A stretch of 24,000 nucleotides of DNA from Atopobiaceae bacterium (lineage in GTDB: Bacteria; Actinomycetota; Coriobacteriia; Coriobacteriales; Atopobiaceae), in NCBI GenBank assembly GCA_024691995.1, contig JAILNA010000003.1:100926-124925 (forward strand), written 5' to 3'. Under the pieces are notes generated by a model that made no database searches, was not told where the DNA came from, and saw only the letters and a list, made by a program, of their open reading frames with translations. Positions 13,430 through 22,646 of the stretch are shown here, piece after piece. The position numbers and the translations under genes were made by a program. Position 1 is the first letter of the stretch. The number at the start of each line of letters is the position of its first letter.

Positions 13430-14464
13430 CTATGCCGTCAGCACAACCATTCCTAAGATAAGCCCGAACCCAATGAAATCGGTCACGCTAAAGGAAGTCC
13501 CCAGGACAATAACGGTCGTAATCGTAGCCATTACCGGCTCAATGGTTCCAAGGAGCACCGCACGCATGGAGCCCGCATCCTGAACGCCTTGCAAATATAA
13601 TCCGTATGCTAAAAAAGTACCGACGGTAATACCAACAACCACAAGAATCCAACCAAAAGAATCAAGCGGTGGCATATGGTTCCACGGTTGGTATACAACG
13701 GCAAGACACACTGAAGAAAACAAGAACGCAATCCCGTTAAAGACAAAGTTGCCCCACTGTTCCATAAGTTTTTTGGGCAGAATCGACAGTGCGGTTTGTG
13801 CGCAGGCACACAGAGCTCCCCAAAATACGCCGCGCAAAGGTAAACGTAAGCTAGAAAGATCTCCGCCTGTAACCAGCAGATAAGTGCCGATAAGAGCCAT
13901 GGCAATCCCAAGCACTTCTCGCTTACGAGGTCCCCTGCGTGCCTTAAAACACACAAAGGACAAGACCCCGAGCATGCCGAGTGCCTGCATGATAGTTGCC
14001 GTGGCTGAATTTGTAGCATCAACCGCATATATGTAGGCAATCTGTGAAAAAAGAATTGCCGTAAAGCTTACTGAAAAAATCTTACCCAAAGCCTGCCTGT
14101 CATGCATTGCTTGCGTCAGACGTTTGCGATCAACAACAATCGCTGCTCCTAAAAAGAGCAATGCCGAGAAAAACTCACGTACGTCAATGAGCCAAAGCGG
14201 TTCAACGTGGTACACGTCCAGCAGATATTTTGCCGCCGTACCAAAAGCTCCCCATGCCGCGCCTCCAATAAGCACACACAGCATACCTCGGTGAATGCGT
14301 GCCTTATGTCTATCTGATACAAGACCAATGGAAGCCTCAGCTGCCTCTTGTTCAAACGTTTGAACATCCTCAGAGGTCTCTTGCACCACGCGCTCTGAAG
14401 ACGCGTCAGATTGAGGGGCTGCATGAGGCAGGGAAGATGAACCTGATGGAGAAGGACAAGTCAT
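13430..14464 (-). CDS. DMT superfamily (EamA-like) transporter with a ~55-aa polar N-terminal extension
   Basis: 344 aa with ten hydrophobic helices arranged as two EamA-type halves. ATG at 14464. Confidence 0.85.
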   Translation of the reverse strand: MTCPSPSGSSSLPHAAPQSDASSERVVQETSEDVQTFEQEAAEASIGLVSDRHKARIHRGMLCVLIGGAAWGAFGTAAKYLLDVYHVEPLWLIDVREFFSALLFLGAAIVVDRKRLTQAMHDRQALGKIFSVSFTAILFSQIAYIYAVDATNSATATIMQALGMLGVLSFVCFKARRGPRKREVLGIAMALIGTYLLVTGGDLSSLRLPLRGVFWGALCACAQTALSILPKKLMEQWGNFVFNGIAFLFSSVCLAVVYQPWNHMPPLDSFGWILVVVGITVGTFLAYGLYLQGVQDAGSMRAVLLGTIEPVMATITTVIVLGTSFSVTDFIGFGLILGMVVLTA

Positions 14465-14605
14465 AGAGATATAAATCTTTCGTTACAAATGGCGCACAAG
14501 CCATACTATAGCGCGCCAAACAGGTACAGTTAAACGTATAGGTAACCATACACGACTCAACCTATGTAATACGCGAGAATCACGCGAGAATTCAAGGAGC
14601 GTTCT

Positions 14606-17533
14606 ATGACAACAGATACATCACAAAAACTCCACGTCAATGACCATATCGGTGACTTCGTTGTTACCGGCATCGAAAAGTTACCTGAGATATCCGGAAC
14701 CGCATTTGTCTTTTCCCACGTACCCTCAGGAGCTCGCTTGCTCTGGCTTGCCAATGACGATGAAAACCGCTCATTTGCCATTGGCTTCAAGACGCCTCCT
14801 CAAAACGACACCGGTGTCTTTCATATTCTTGAGCACTCCGTACTGTGCGGATCAAAAGCTTACCCGGTTAAAGAGCCATTTGTGAACCTGCTGAAGACTT
14901 CCATGCAGACGTTCTTAAATGCCATGACGTTTCCTGATAAAACGGTCTATCCCGTTGCCTCAACGAACGTTACCGATCTTGAAAACCTTATGAGTGTTTA
15001 CCTCGACGCGGTTCTCCATCCTGCAATCTATCAGCGTAAACGTATTTTTGAACAAGAGGGTTGGCATCTTGAGACAGACGATGAGGGAACCTTGTCCTAT
15101 AACGGCGTTGTCTTTAATGAAATGAAGGGCGCCCTGTCAGATCCCGACCGCGCTCTCTATAGCCACATCAGCGCCCGCCTCTTTCCCGATACCGCATACG
15201 GAAAAGAATCGGGCGGAATGCCACGCGCCATCCCTCAGCTCACGTACGAGGAGTTTCTTAATACACACGCGCGCCACTACACTCTTTCAAACAGCTATAC
15301 CGTTCTCTATGGAGACCTTGATATCGCGCGTGAACTGTCCGTTATTGGCGCACATTTTGCAGGTGCCGAGAAGCGCAACGCCGCTGCACCTAACCCTCTC
15401 CACGCACAAAGGCCCGTCTCGCCGGAACCTACCAAATTTGAAATGGCAACCACGCCCGACAACTCTGCCGTAGGCCTTGGGTATGTTTTGGGAAGCGCAG
15501 ATCAGCGCACGCGTATGCTTGCCGCCGACATTCTCTTTGATACCCTCATGGGCTCTAACGAGGCTCCTCTTAAACGTGCCATACTTGACACAAACCTTGC
15601 TGACGATTTCAGCTACTACTTATCCGACGGCCTTCTTCAGCCTTTCTTGTTCCTTGAGATCAAAGGCCTTCGCAGCCAAGAGGCACCGCGGAGCTTCCGC
15701 GCACTTGTCGAGAATACCTGCGCAGAAATTGCAGCCGCCGGTATCCCGTACGCCAAACTCGAAGCATCCGTCGCGCAAGCCGAGTTTAATCTGCGCGAGC
15801 ACGACCTACCTTTCTCCGACGGCATTGAATACACGCAAAAATCACTTGAAAGCTGGCTTTATGACGATGCTCGTCCGTACGATTACATCAAGTATGAGGA
15901 TGCCCTGACAGAAGTTAAAAAAATGCTTGCCGGTTCTGGGCGCCCCGGAGGAGCTTTTGAAACGCTGCTCCTTGAACTTGTCTGCCACAACTCCCACTGT
16001 GCCCAAGTCGAGCTTGTACCAACAGAAAAGGAGCAGGTGGATGAAGAAGCAGCGGAACTCGAGCGGCTTCGCCGGCAGATGGATGCAAACGACATCGAGC
16101 GCATCCGCAAAGAGGTCAAAGAGCTTCGCAAAGAGCAGGAAACACCTGACGATCCCAGCGATATTGCAAAGCTTCCGTTTCTCTCGCTCTCTGATATTGG
16201 GCCCGCAAAACCGCAACCACAGCCGATTGTGGTAGAGGCGCCGCTCCCCTGTCTTGCCCATGAGCTTGATACCCATGGTATTGACTATGCCTATCACTAC
16301 TTTGATCTCACACACGCCGTCTCTTACGATGAACTTCCTCTCGTAGGAATTCTCTCCGATGTGCTCGGTAAGCTTGATACCGCCCAACATTCAGCCTCTG
16401 ACCTGGACACCCTTATTGAAGCAAATCTAGGAGCGCTTGCATTTTTTACCGAAGTTTATTCGAAGGATCGCACCGACTTTGCACAGCCGGTACTTGTTGT
16501 TGGCGCCTCCGCTTTGGCCGATCACACACAGCAGCTTGCGTCTATCCCCGCCGAAATATGGAGCAGTACAAACTTTACCGACCTCACACGCCTAAAGGAC
16601 ATCCTTACGCAACGACGCATAGGTCTTGAACAGTATTTTATAAGTTCCGGACACGCCGCCGCAATCAACCGCGCACTCACTTCGTACGCCGCCTCAGCGG
16701 AGGTTACCGACATGCTCGGAGGTATCTCGTTCTATTGCTACCTCAAGGATCTTCTCGCTCACTGGGACGAACGTGCACAAACCCTTCCCACACAACTTGC
16801 CGATCTTAGTGCACGCATCTTTTGTGCCAATGCAATCACGGTCAGCTTTACCGGATCAGCGGAAAGCCGCGAGAAGTTCTGGCAAACCGCAGGAACTCTC
16901 GGACTTCCCACACAACCCGCACACGACCACACGCTTATTGTGCCCGCACCGACACTCAAGCGAGAGGGCTTCACTATCCCCTCAAACGTCAGCTATGTGG
17001 GCTTTGGATTTTCCAACGCATGTGATGGACAACGTGAAACCGCCGGCGCATGGCAGGTTGCAAGCCGCGCCATCACCCTCGATTATCTCTGGAATGAAGT
17101 GCGTGTCAAAGGCGGGGCGTATGGTGTTGGCTTCAGGCCTTCTCTTATGGGTCTTGACTCGTTCTTCTCGTATAGGGACCCATCCGTGGATGCTACTCTT
17201 AATCGCTATCTTGGTACCAATGAGTGGCTCTCACAATGGACTCCTGACAAAAATGAGCTCGAAGGCTATATAGTTGCCTCGGTTGCAACCGTTGATGCTC
17301 CCGTTCGCCCTCGTGCCCTCGCACGTCGTCAGGATATTGAGCGCTTCAATGACCGTCCTCAAAACCGCCTCGATCAGCTCCGTGAGCACATGTTGCATAC
17401 CGATGCCAAGAGCTGTCAAGCCCTTGGCCGGTCGCTTCCAATGAACGCTGCAGACAGGTCCATAGTGGTTTTTGGTCCGCGAGAAGCACTTGAAACGTCG
17501 GAGCTTGACCTTGAAATTATCGATCTGATGTAA
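14606..17533 (+). CDS. insulinase-family zinc metallopeptidase, M16C (PreP-like) subfamily
   Basis: 975 aa. It has the inverted zinc motif HILEH in GVFHILEHSVLCGS and a downstream NAMTFPDKTVYP...FNEMKG, and its length and four-domain layout are typical of M16C. AAGGAG SD at 14594..14599. Confidence 0.9.
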   Translation: MTTDTSQKLHVNDHIGDFVVTGIEKLPEISGTAFVFSHVPSGARLLWLANDDENRSFAIGFKTPPQNDTGVFHILEHSVLCGSKAYPVKEPFVNLLKTSMQTFLNAMTFPDKTVYPVASTNVTDLENLMSVYLDAVLHPAIYQRKRIFEQEGWHLETDDEGTLSYNGVVFNEMKGALSDPDRALYSHISARLFPDTAYGKESGGMPRAIPQLTYEEFLNTHARHYTLSNSYTVLYGDLDIARELSVIGAHFAGAEKRNAAAPNPLHAQRPVSPEPTKFEMATTPDNSAVGLGYVLGSADQRTRMLAADILFDTLMGSNEAPLKRAILDTNLADDFSYYLSDGLLQPFLFLEIKGLRSQEAPRSFRALVENTCAEIAAAGIPYAKLEASVAQAEFNLREHDLPFSDGIEYTQKSLESWLYDDARPYDYIKYEDALTEVKKMLAGSGRPGGAFETLLLELVCHNSHCAQVELVPTEKEQVDEEAAELERLRRQMDANDIERIRKEVKELRKEQETPDDPSDIAKLPFLSLSDIGPAKPQPQPIVVEAPLPCLAHELDTHGIDYAYHYFDLTHAVSYDELPLVGILSDVLGKLDTAQHSASDLDTLIEANLGALAFFTEVYSKDRTDFAQPVLVVGASALADHTQQLASIPAEIWSSTNFTDLTRLKDILTQRRIGLEQYFISSGHAAAINRALTSYAASAEVTDMLGGISFYCYLKDLLAHWDERAQTLPTQLADLSARIFCANAITVSFTGSAESREKFWQTAGTLGLPTQPAHDHTLIVPAPTLKREGFTIPSNVSYVGFGFSNACDGQRETAGAWQVASRAITLDYLWNEVRVKGGAYGVGFRPSLMGLDSFFSYRDPSVDATLNRYLGTNEWLSQWTPDKNELEGYIVASVATVDAPVRPRALARRQDIERFNDRPQNRLDQLREHMLHTDAKSCQALGRSLPMNAADRSIVVFGPREALETSELDLEIIDLM

Positions 17534-17553
17534 TTCGTCAGATTGTTTACGTG

Positions 17554-17586
17554 AAAAAGCCTCCCGTTATAAAACGAGAGGCTTTT
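17554..17586. terminator. bidirectional Rho-independent terminator between convergent genes
   Basis: aaaaagcctcccgtt ataa aacgagaggctttt forms a 9-bp perfect stem that extends to ~15 bp with one mismatch. It has an A-run on the left and a T-run on the right. Confidence 0.85.
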
Positions 17587-17612
17587 GTACCTTACATATG
17601 GCCGCTTAACTC

Positions 17613-19124
17613 TTAATCACGAAAGTGTTTGGCTTTATATGTGCGCACCGCAGAGGCACCGACAAACGCTGCACCAAGCAAAGTAGCAGCACCGGTGCCA
17701 AGTGTGCCGGCATCGCCTGTTTCAGGCAGGGTCTGCGCGTTCTTCTTGCGCTCGCTCTTCTTGCCTGCTTTTTTCTTAGCTTTTACTTCTTTGCTCTGCG
17801 AATCTTTAGCGGGCTGAGTCTGTGGGGTTGCCTCTTTTTCAGCAGCCTGCCTGAGCATATGAAGATTTACCTCGGCAGCAAGTTTGTCGGAATCTGCCTG
17901 ACCAGCCTTTGCTTTTGCATCATCATAAGCAGCTTTCTTTTTGGAAAGAGCTTCATCCGCTTGCTGAGCAGCATCGACGGTGCTATGCAGACGCTGAATA
18001 TACGGATTGAGATAAGCAAATTCGGCATCGGTTATATCGGGAGTGTCTGTACCCTTATAGTCAAGCGCTTGCGCATGCGTATTGGTATCGCGAGCGGAGC
18101 GCAGACGAGCTTTTGCAGCAGCAAGACGTGCGGGAGCATCAGCAGCATTCTGCTGTGCGTCTGCAAGTGCAGTCTGCGCCTTTGCAAGCTCCTTTGACGC
18201 TGCATCCGCTGCAGCGCGCTTGTCAAGCACCTCCTGCCAGATACCTAGATGCTCATCATAGTCATCTCGGAGCTCCTCGTACTTCTCCTGAGCGGAAGCA
18301 GATTTTGCAGCGGCGTCATCAGCCTCAAGCGTTGCCTTATCCAGATTCTTTCGAGCAACTTCCTCTGCGGCACGAGCTTTATTCAGTGCTTCTTGGGCGG
18401 CTGGACGATCCTCAGGAGCTGCGTCTCTTAAAGCCTGCTCCTTAGCAGCAAGATCGGCTCCGGCCGCAACGGCTGCTTTATGGGCAGCCGTAAGCTTCTC
18501 CTGTGCTTTTTGTACAGCCTCTTCAGCGTCGTCGAACTTCTTCTTGGCGTCGTCCATCTTTGCCTTATCCTGCGCAACGACTACTTCAGTCACATGAGCA
18601 TACGCGGCATTTTTCTCGGCTGTTTTGAGCTTGCTTTTTGCATCGGCATCTTTAGCAGTTGCATCGGTAACGTTCTTCTGAGCGTCGGCGATGTTCTTGG
18701 CTGCATTATCAACGTCAGCCTGTGCCGTACCAACCGCAGACTTTGCGGCATCCTCAGCAGCCTGTGCGTCTGATTTTGCCTTATCAAAAGCACTTTGCGC
18801 GTCAGCATGAGCCGTATCTTTCGCAGCATTGGCCTTATCCGCAGCTTCCTTTGCCGCATCAAATTCACTTTTTGCAGCTTCTTTTGCAGCACGAGCAGCA
18901 TCCGCAGCAGCGGTTGCTTCAGCGACTTGCTTCTCGGCCTCAGGAATGGTAGTGGGTCTACCATTTGTGCTCTTGGCTTCAGTGGCCGGAAGACCACTTG
19001 TCAAAGCTTCTTGAGTGGGCTGAGCAAATGCGGGGGCGGCACCAGCGGCCACAATGGCAGCTGTGGTAATCGCCGCAGTCACCGTGGCAATACGTTTGGG
19101 TCTTTTGACTCTTTTGACGTTCAT
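17613..19124 (-). CDS. LPXTG-anchored cell-wall surface protein with a long Ala/Lys/Asp-rich coiled-coil region
   Basis: The signal peptide is MNVKRVKRPKRIATVTAAITTAAIVAAGAAPAFAQP. About 400 aa of heptad-like A/K/D/E sequence follow. The C-terminal sorting signal is LPETGDAGTLGTGAATLLGAAFVGASAVRTYKAKHFRD. GGAAGGTGA SD. Confidence 0.9.
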   Translation of the reverse strand: MNVKRVKRPKRIATVTAAITTAAIVAAGAAPAFAQPTQEALTSGLPATEAKSTNGRPTTIPEAEKQVAEATAAADAARAAKEAAKSEFDAAKEAADKANAAKDTAHADAQSAFDKAKSDAQAAEDAAKSAVGTAQADVDNAAKNIADAQKNVTDATAKDADAKSKLKTAEKNAAYAHVTEVVVAQDKAKMDDAKKKFDDAEEAVQKAQEKLTAAHKAAVAAGADLAAKEQALRDAAPEDRPAAQEALNKARAAEEVARKNLDKATLEADDAAAKSASAQEKYEELRDDYDEHLGIWQEVLDKRAAADAASKELAKAQTALADAQQNAADAPARLAAAKARLRSARDTNTHAQALDYKGTDTPDITDAEFAYLNPYIQRLHSTVDAAQQADEALSKKKAAYDDAKAKAGQADSDKLAAEVNLHMLRQAAEKEATPQTQPAKDSQSKEVKAKKKAGKKSERKKNAQTLPETGDAGTLGTGAATLLGAAFVGASAVRTYKAKHFRD

Positions 19125-19234
19125 GTCACCTTCCTGTTCACGTTCATAACCTTTTACCGCAACGTTTATCTATGACCAGATAAACGACGTTTAACCCTAT
19201 CATAAAAGGTTATTGTTTACGAGTAAGGGTATGC

Positions 19235-22200
19235 TTACTCGCTTCTGAGCGCCCGAACAGGATCGGATTTAGAAGCTCTTCTCGCCGGTAAAAGACCTGC
19301 AAGCAAGGTAAGTACCACGCTGATGCCAATCAAGACGAATGCTGCATTCCAAGGAAGCACTACGAGATTGTCTACATTAAACATCTGCTTTACCACAGCA
19401 TTTGCTGGAATAATCAAAAGTTGCGTAAATACGATGCCCATAACGCCAGAAATAAGTCCTTCAATAAACGTTTCCGCATTGAATACATGGGCAACGTCTC
19501 GACGAGATGCACCGATTGAACGTAGGATACCAATTTCCTTTTTACGTTCAAGCACTGAGATGTACGTAATAATGCCAATCATGATGCTTGAAACAACTAA
19601 AGAAATAGATACAAAGGCAATGAGCATGGCAGAAATCATATCTATAATCTGTGTTACGGAGCTCATCAGAACTCCTACCAAATCCGTATACGTAATGACT
19701 TTGCCATCTTCCCCTGCTTCTTTTGCATCGGCGTTATATCGATCAAGAATGGCAACAACCTTCTCTTTTCCTGCAAAATCCTTGGGGTATATGTTAATGG
19801 AGGTTGGTTTGTCAAGATCGGCATAGCCCATCTTTGTAAGATTGCTTTCATAGGTTGCGGGCTGCGAGCGGATCATTGACGAAGCGATAGCAGCAATCTG
19901 TGACGGATCGACATCAAGCTTAAAAGCGCTTTTTAAAACCTCAGGATCAACATGCATGGCCCCTGACATATTTGTCATAACATTTTGCATGGTCTGATTC
20001 AGCGCTGAAGAAATCTGTACTTCAAGCTTTGTGGATACCTGCATCATCACCGATGTCATGGCTTGCTGCATATACGTGCTGATTGCCTTGGTAATTGCTT
20101 GTGACAACGCAGAGGCAATTTTCTCCTGATACGCCACCAAAATGCGCTCAGCCACATCTTTTTGCAGGCTTGGTACGTCAGCTGCTGTCCCAAGCTTTTC
20201 TGAAAGTGCCGAGATGAGCTGCTTTTGCAGATCATCGGTGTCAACTGCAGATACTACCGAGCTCACAAGCTTGGTACGCACCTCTTCAGTAGTAAGGTAG
20301 TCTGCCATAGTCTTGCCGGGATGAGCAGCACTCCACGCATTCCATCCGAGCACGATTTCATTTATTGCCTGCGAGAGAATAGCCTGCCCACCAGGTTTTA
20401 AATTTACCTTGATACCAGAGAGAATATGCTCAATATCCTCAGCGGAAAGTTCTGGAAACGCCTCTTTTAAAATGGAAGGATCAATGCCATGAGGCATTGC
20501 AGCGAGAAGATCATCGGGGCTTAGATTCAAGTCTGCCGGATCAAGCTCAGGCAAGCTGATATCAGAAAAATCCAGTTCAGAGAGGCTTATATTGGAAAAA
20601 TTGATATTTGAAAAATCCAGTGCTTGAGGATTTATAGAAAACGCTGACGCAAGAGCTGTTTCGTCAATATGAACCAATGATGACAGAGAGAGGCCTTCTA
20701 TCCCACCATTTTTCTCGTCAGCAAATGATTTGCCGGTAAAAACATTAATATCGGAACGATTCTTTTGATCTTTAACTATCTCAGAATTAGCCGCCGCATC
20801 AATAAGGCGCTGTTCAAGCGCGGGTGTGTAATACAATCCGTGAGAAAGTGCTCCCGGTGCGGATGGGTCTTTTGCCTGTACGATACCAACAATCTTAATA
20901 TTAGGAGCGTTTGTAACCAGAGTGTTAATATACGTCTGATCTTTTGACATGTCCTTCCATACACCCAGCTCCGTATCCCAAGTATATAAATCAACGGCAT
21001 TTAACAGCTTAAATGTTGGAGCCATAAGCTGCTCGTAGGTATAGGTTGCATCAGATTCTGAAACACTTGCACTGCCGCCATCGGCAAGCTGATCTACCAT
21101 TTTACGCACGTCAGCATAGTCACGCAGACCCATACTATATTCAATGGAGTCAGATATGGTGCCATCAGGACGTAGTACTAAGACAACCTCATTCCAAGCT
21201 TTAGGCCAACGACCGGCTCGTACTATATAGCGGTTCTCATAAATAGAAGAATCGGACGGTAGCTCCGCAAAAGATGATGTCGAGGAAAACTGCGCCATCG
21301 GATTATACGAGGGAATATTAGGGCTGACGCGCGAATATGTTTGATCGGGATTAACCTGTATCGGATCGCTTGAGGTGCTATCGGCTCCTGCCGGTAAAAA
21401 GAGATACGGTTTCACATTGTATTGATACGTAATAGCACTGGTATAGTTTTTGATATCCCCACCATTGGCATCAATGAAAGATTTTAGAGCTTGCAAGTCA
21501 TTTTGCCCGATACTCATTGTCATTTTTTCAAGCATCTTATTGGAAGGAATTGCTCCTTCAGGCGGTTGGTTTTCAAGCTTGGCCACATCTTGCTGCTGAG
21601 CCGTTTTTTCACCCTCTTTTGATGAGGTGTCTGATCCATTCACACCTGTCATGGCAGATGCAAGGTTAACCGACTGCTCAGAAATGGTAAGAGGATAGAT
21701 TGACAGCGTATCTTCTTCAACACTGCGGATATACTCATTCGCTCCATTTGCAAGAGCAAGAATAGCCGCAATACCAATGATCCCAATAGATCCCGCAAAG
21801 GCCGTCATAAGCGTCCGGCCCTTTTTGGTCATAAGGTTGTTGAAGGAAAGACCAAGCGCTGTTAGAAATGACATCGATGTACGACGTGCTGGTTTTGCTT
21901 CTCGCACTTGAATTGTAGTGGTATCAAAAGGATCAGAATCAGCCGTGATACACCCGTCGGAAAGTTCAACAATACGTGTGGCATATTCCCGGGCAAGACT
22001 CGGATTGTGCGTCACCATAATAACCAAGCGATCACGCGCAACCTCTTTTAAGAGGTCCATAACCTGCACCGATGTAGATGAATCAAGGGCTCCTGTCGGC
22101 TCGTCTGCCAGAAGAATCTCGGGATCATTGACAAGTGCTCGCGCAATAGCCACGCGCTGCATTTGCCCACCTGAAAGCTGACTGGGGCGTTTTTTGGCAT

Positions 22201-22600
22201 GATCTTTGAGTCCAACGTTTTCAAGCGCGGCAAGAGCTCTCTTGCGGCGATCGTCCTTGGAAACTCCTGAGAGCGTCAACGCAAGCTCTACATTGGAAAG
22301 TACGCTTTGATGTGGAATCAGATTGTAACTCTGAAATACAAATCCAACACGGTTATTGCGATACGTATCCCAATCACGTTCTTTGAATTTCTCGGTAGAG
22401 ATTCCATCCACCAAAAGATTACCTGAGTCAAAGCGATCGAGACCACCGATAACATTCAAGAGCGTAGTCTTACCGGAACCGGAAGGACCTAAAACAGCCA
22501 CAAACTCATTGTCTCTAAACGCAACTGAAACACTATCGAGTGCCGTTTGCTCAAACGTATCTGAAGTATAGCGCTTGCAAATATTTTCTAACTCAAGCAT
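19235..22600 (-). CDS. fused ABC transporter ATP-binding protein / FtsX-type (MacB-like) permease with a ~690-aa extracytoplasmic insert
   Basis: The ATPase part has Walker A GPSGSGKTTLLN, signature LSGGQMQRVAIARAL and Walker B ILLADEPTGALD. TM1 lies around FAGSIGIIGIAAILALA. After a very long polar region comes the C-terminal FtsX domain (ERKKEIGILRSIGASRRDV...LPARRASKSDPVRALRSE). I prefer the ATG at 22600, with an AAGGAAG SD 5 nt upstream, over the GTG at 22606. Confidence 0.9.
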   Translation of the reverse strand: MLELENICKRYTSDTFEQTALDSVSVAFRDNEFVAVLGPSGSGKTTLLNVIGGLDRFDSGNLLVDGISTEKFKERDWDTYRNNRVGFVFQSYNLIPHQSVLSNVELALTLSGVSKDDRRKRALAALENVGLKDHAKKRPSQLSGGQMQRVAIARALVNDPEILLADEPTGALDSSTSVQVMDLLKEVARDRLVIMVTHNPSLAREYATRIVELSDGCITADSDPFDTTTIQVREAKPARRTSMSFLTALGLSFNNLMTKKGRTLMTAFAGSIGIIGIAAILALANGANEYIRSVEEDTLSIYPLTISEQSVNLASAMTGVNGSDTSSKEGEKTAQQQDVAKLENQPPEGAIPSNKMLEKMTMSIGQNDLQALKSFIDANGGDIKNYTSAITYQYNVKPYLFLPAGADSTSSDPIQVNPDQTYSRVSPNIPSYNPMAQFSSTSSFAELPSDSSIYENRYIVRAGRWPKAWNEVVLVLRPDGTISDSIEYSMGLRDYADVRKMVDQLADGGSASVSESDATYTYEQLMAPTFKLLNAVDLYTWDTELGVWKDMSKDQTYINTLVTNAPNIKIVGIVQAKDPSAPGALSHGLYYTPALEQRLIDAAANSEIVKDQKNRSDINVFTGKSFADEKNGGIEGLSLSSLVHIDETALASAFSINPQALDFSNINFSNISLSELDFSDISLPELDPADLNLSPDDLLAAMPHGIDPSILKEAFPELSAEDIEHILSGIKVNLKPGGQAILSQAINEIVLGWNAWSAAHPGKTMADYLTTEEVRTKLVSSVVSAVDTDDLQKQLISALSEKLGTAADVPSLQKDVAERILVAYQEKIASALSQAITKAISTYMQQAMTSVMMQVSTKLEVQISSALNQTMQNVMTNMSGAMHVDPEVLKSAFKLDVDPSQIAAIASSMIRSQPATYESNLTKMGYADLDKPTSINIYPKDFAGKEKVVAILDRYNADAKEAGEDGKVITYTDLVGVLMSSVTQIIDMISAMLIAFVSISLVVSSIMIGIITYISVLERKKEIGILRSIGASRRDVAHVFNAETFIEGLISGVMGIVFTQLLIIPANAVVKQMFNVDNLVVLPWNAAFVLIGISVVLTLLAGLLPARRASKSDPVRALRSE

Positions 22601-22646
22601 ACGCACTTCCTTGCCTTACCCATGCACCAACTCTGCACGTATGAAC

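Noticed and set aside
13609-14040. 143-aa minus-strand ORF inside the EamA gene
   Set aside because: It is an out-of-frame overlap with the 344-aa transporter frame. Its Cys/Leu-rich translation lacks the regular helix pattern of the real frame.
15842-16390. 182-aa minus-strand ORF inside the M16 peptidase gene
   Set aside because: It lies antisense to a strongly supported 975-aa gene and has no SD or motif, so it is a typical shadow ORF.
17625-19175. Many 60-190-aa ORFs in other frames and strands across the LPXTG gene (e.g. 17625..18197 +, 18113..18445 +, 18590..18997 -, 18795..19175 +)
   Set aside because: They are artefacts of the GCN/AAR-biased coiled-coil coding sequence, which is poor in stop codons in all frames. 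Only the 503-aa frame has a signal peptide, an SD and an LPXTG signal.
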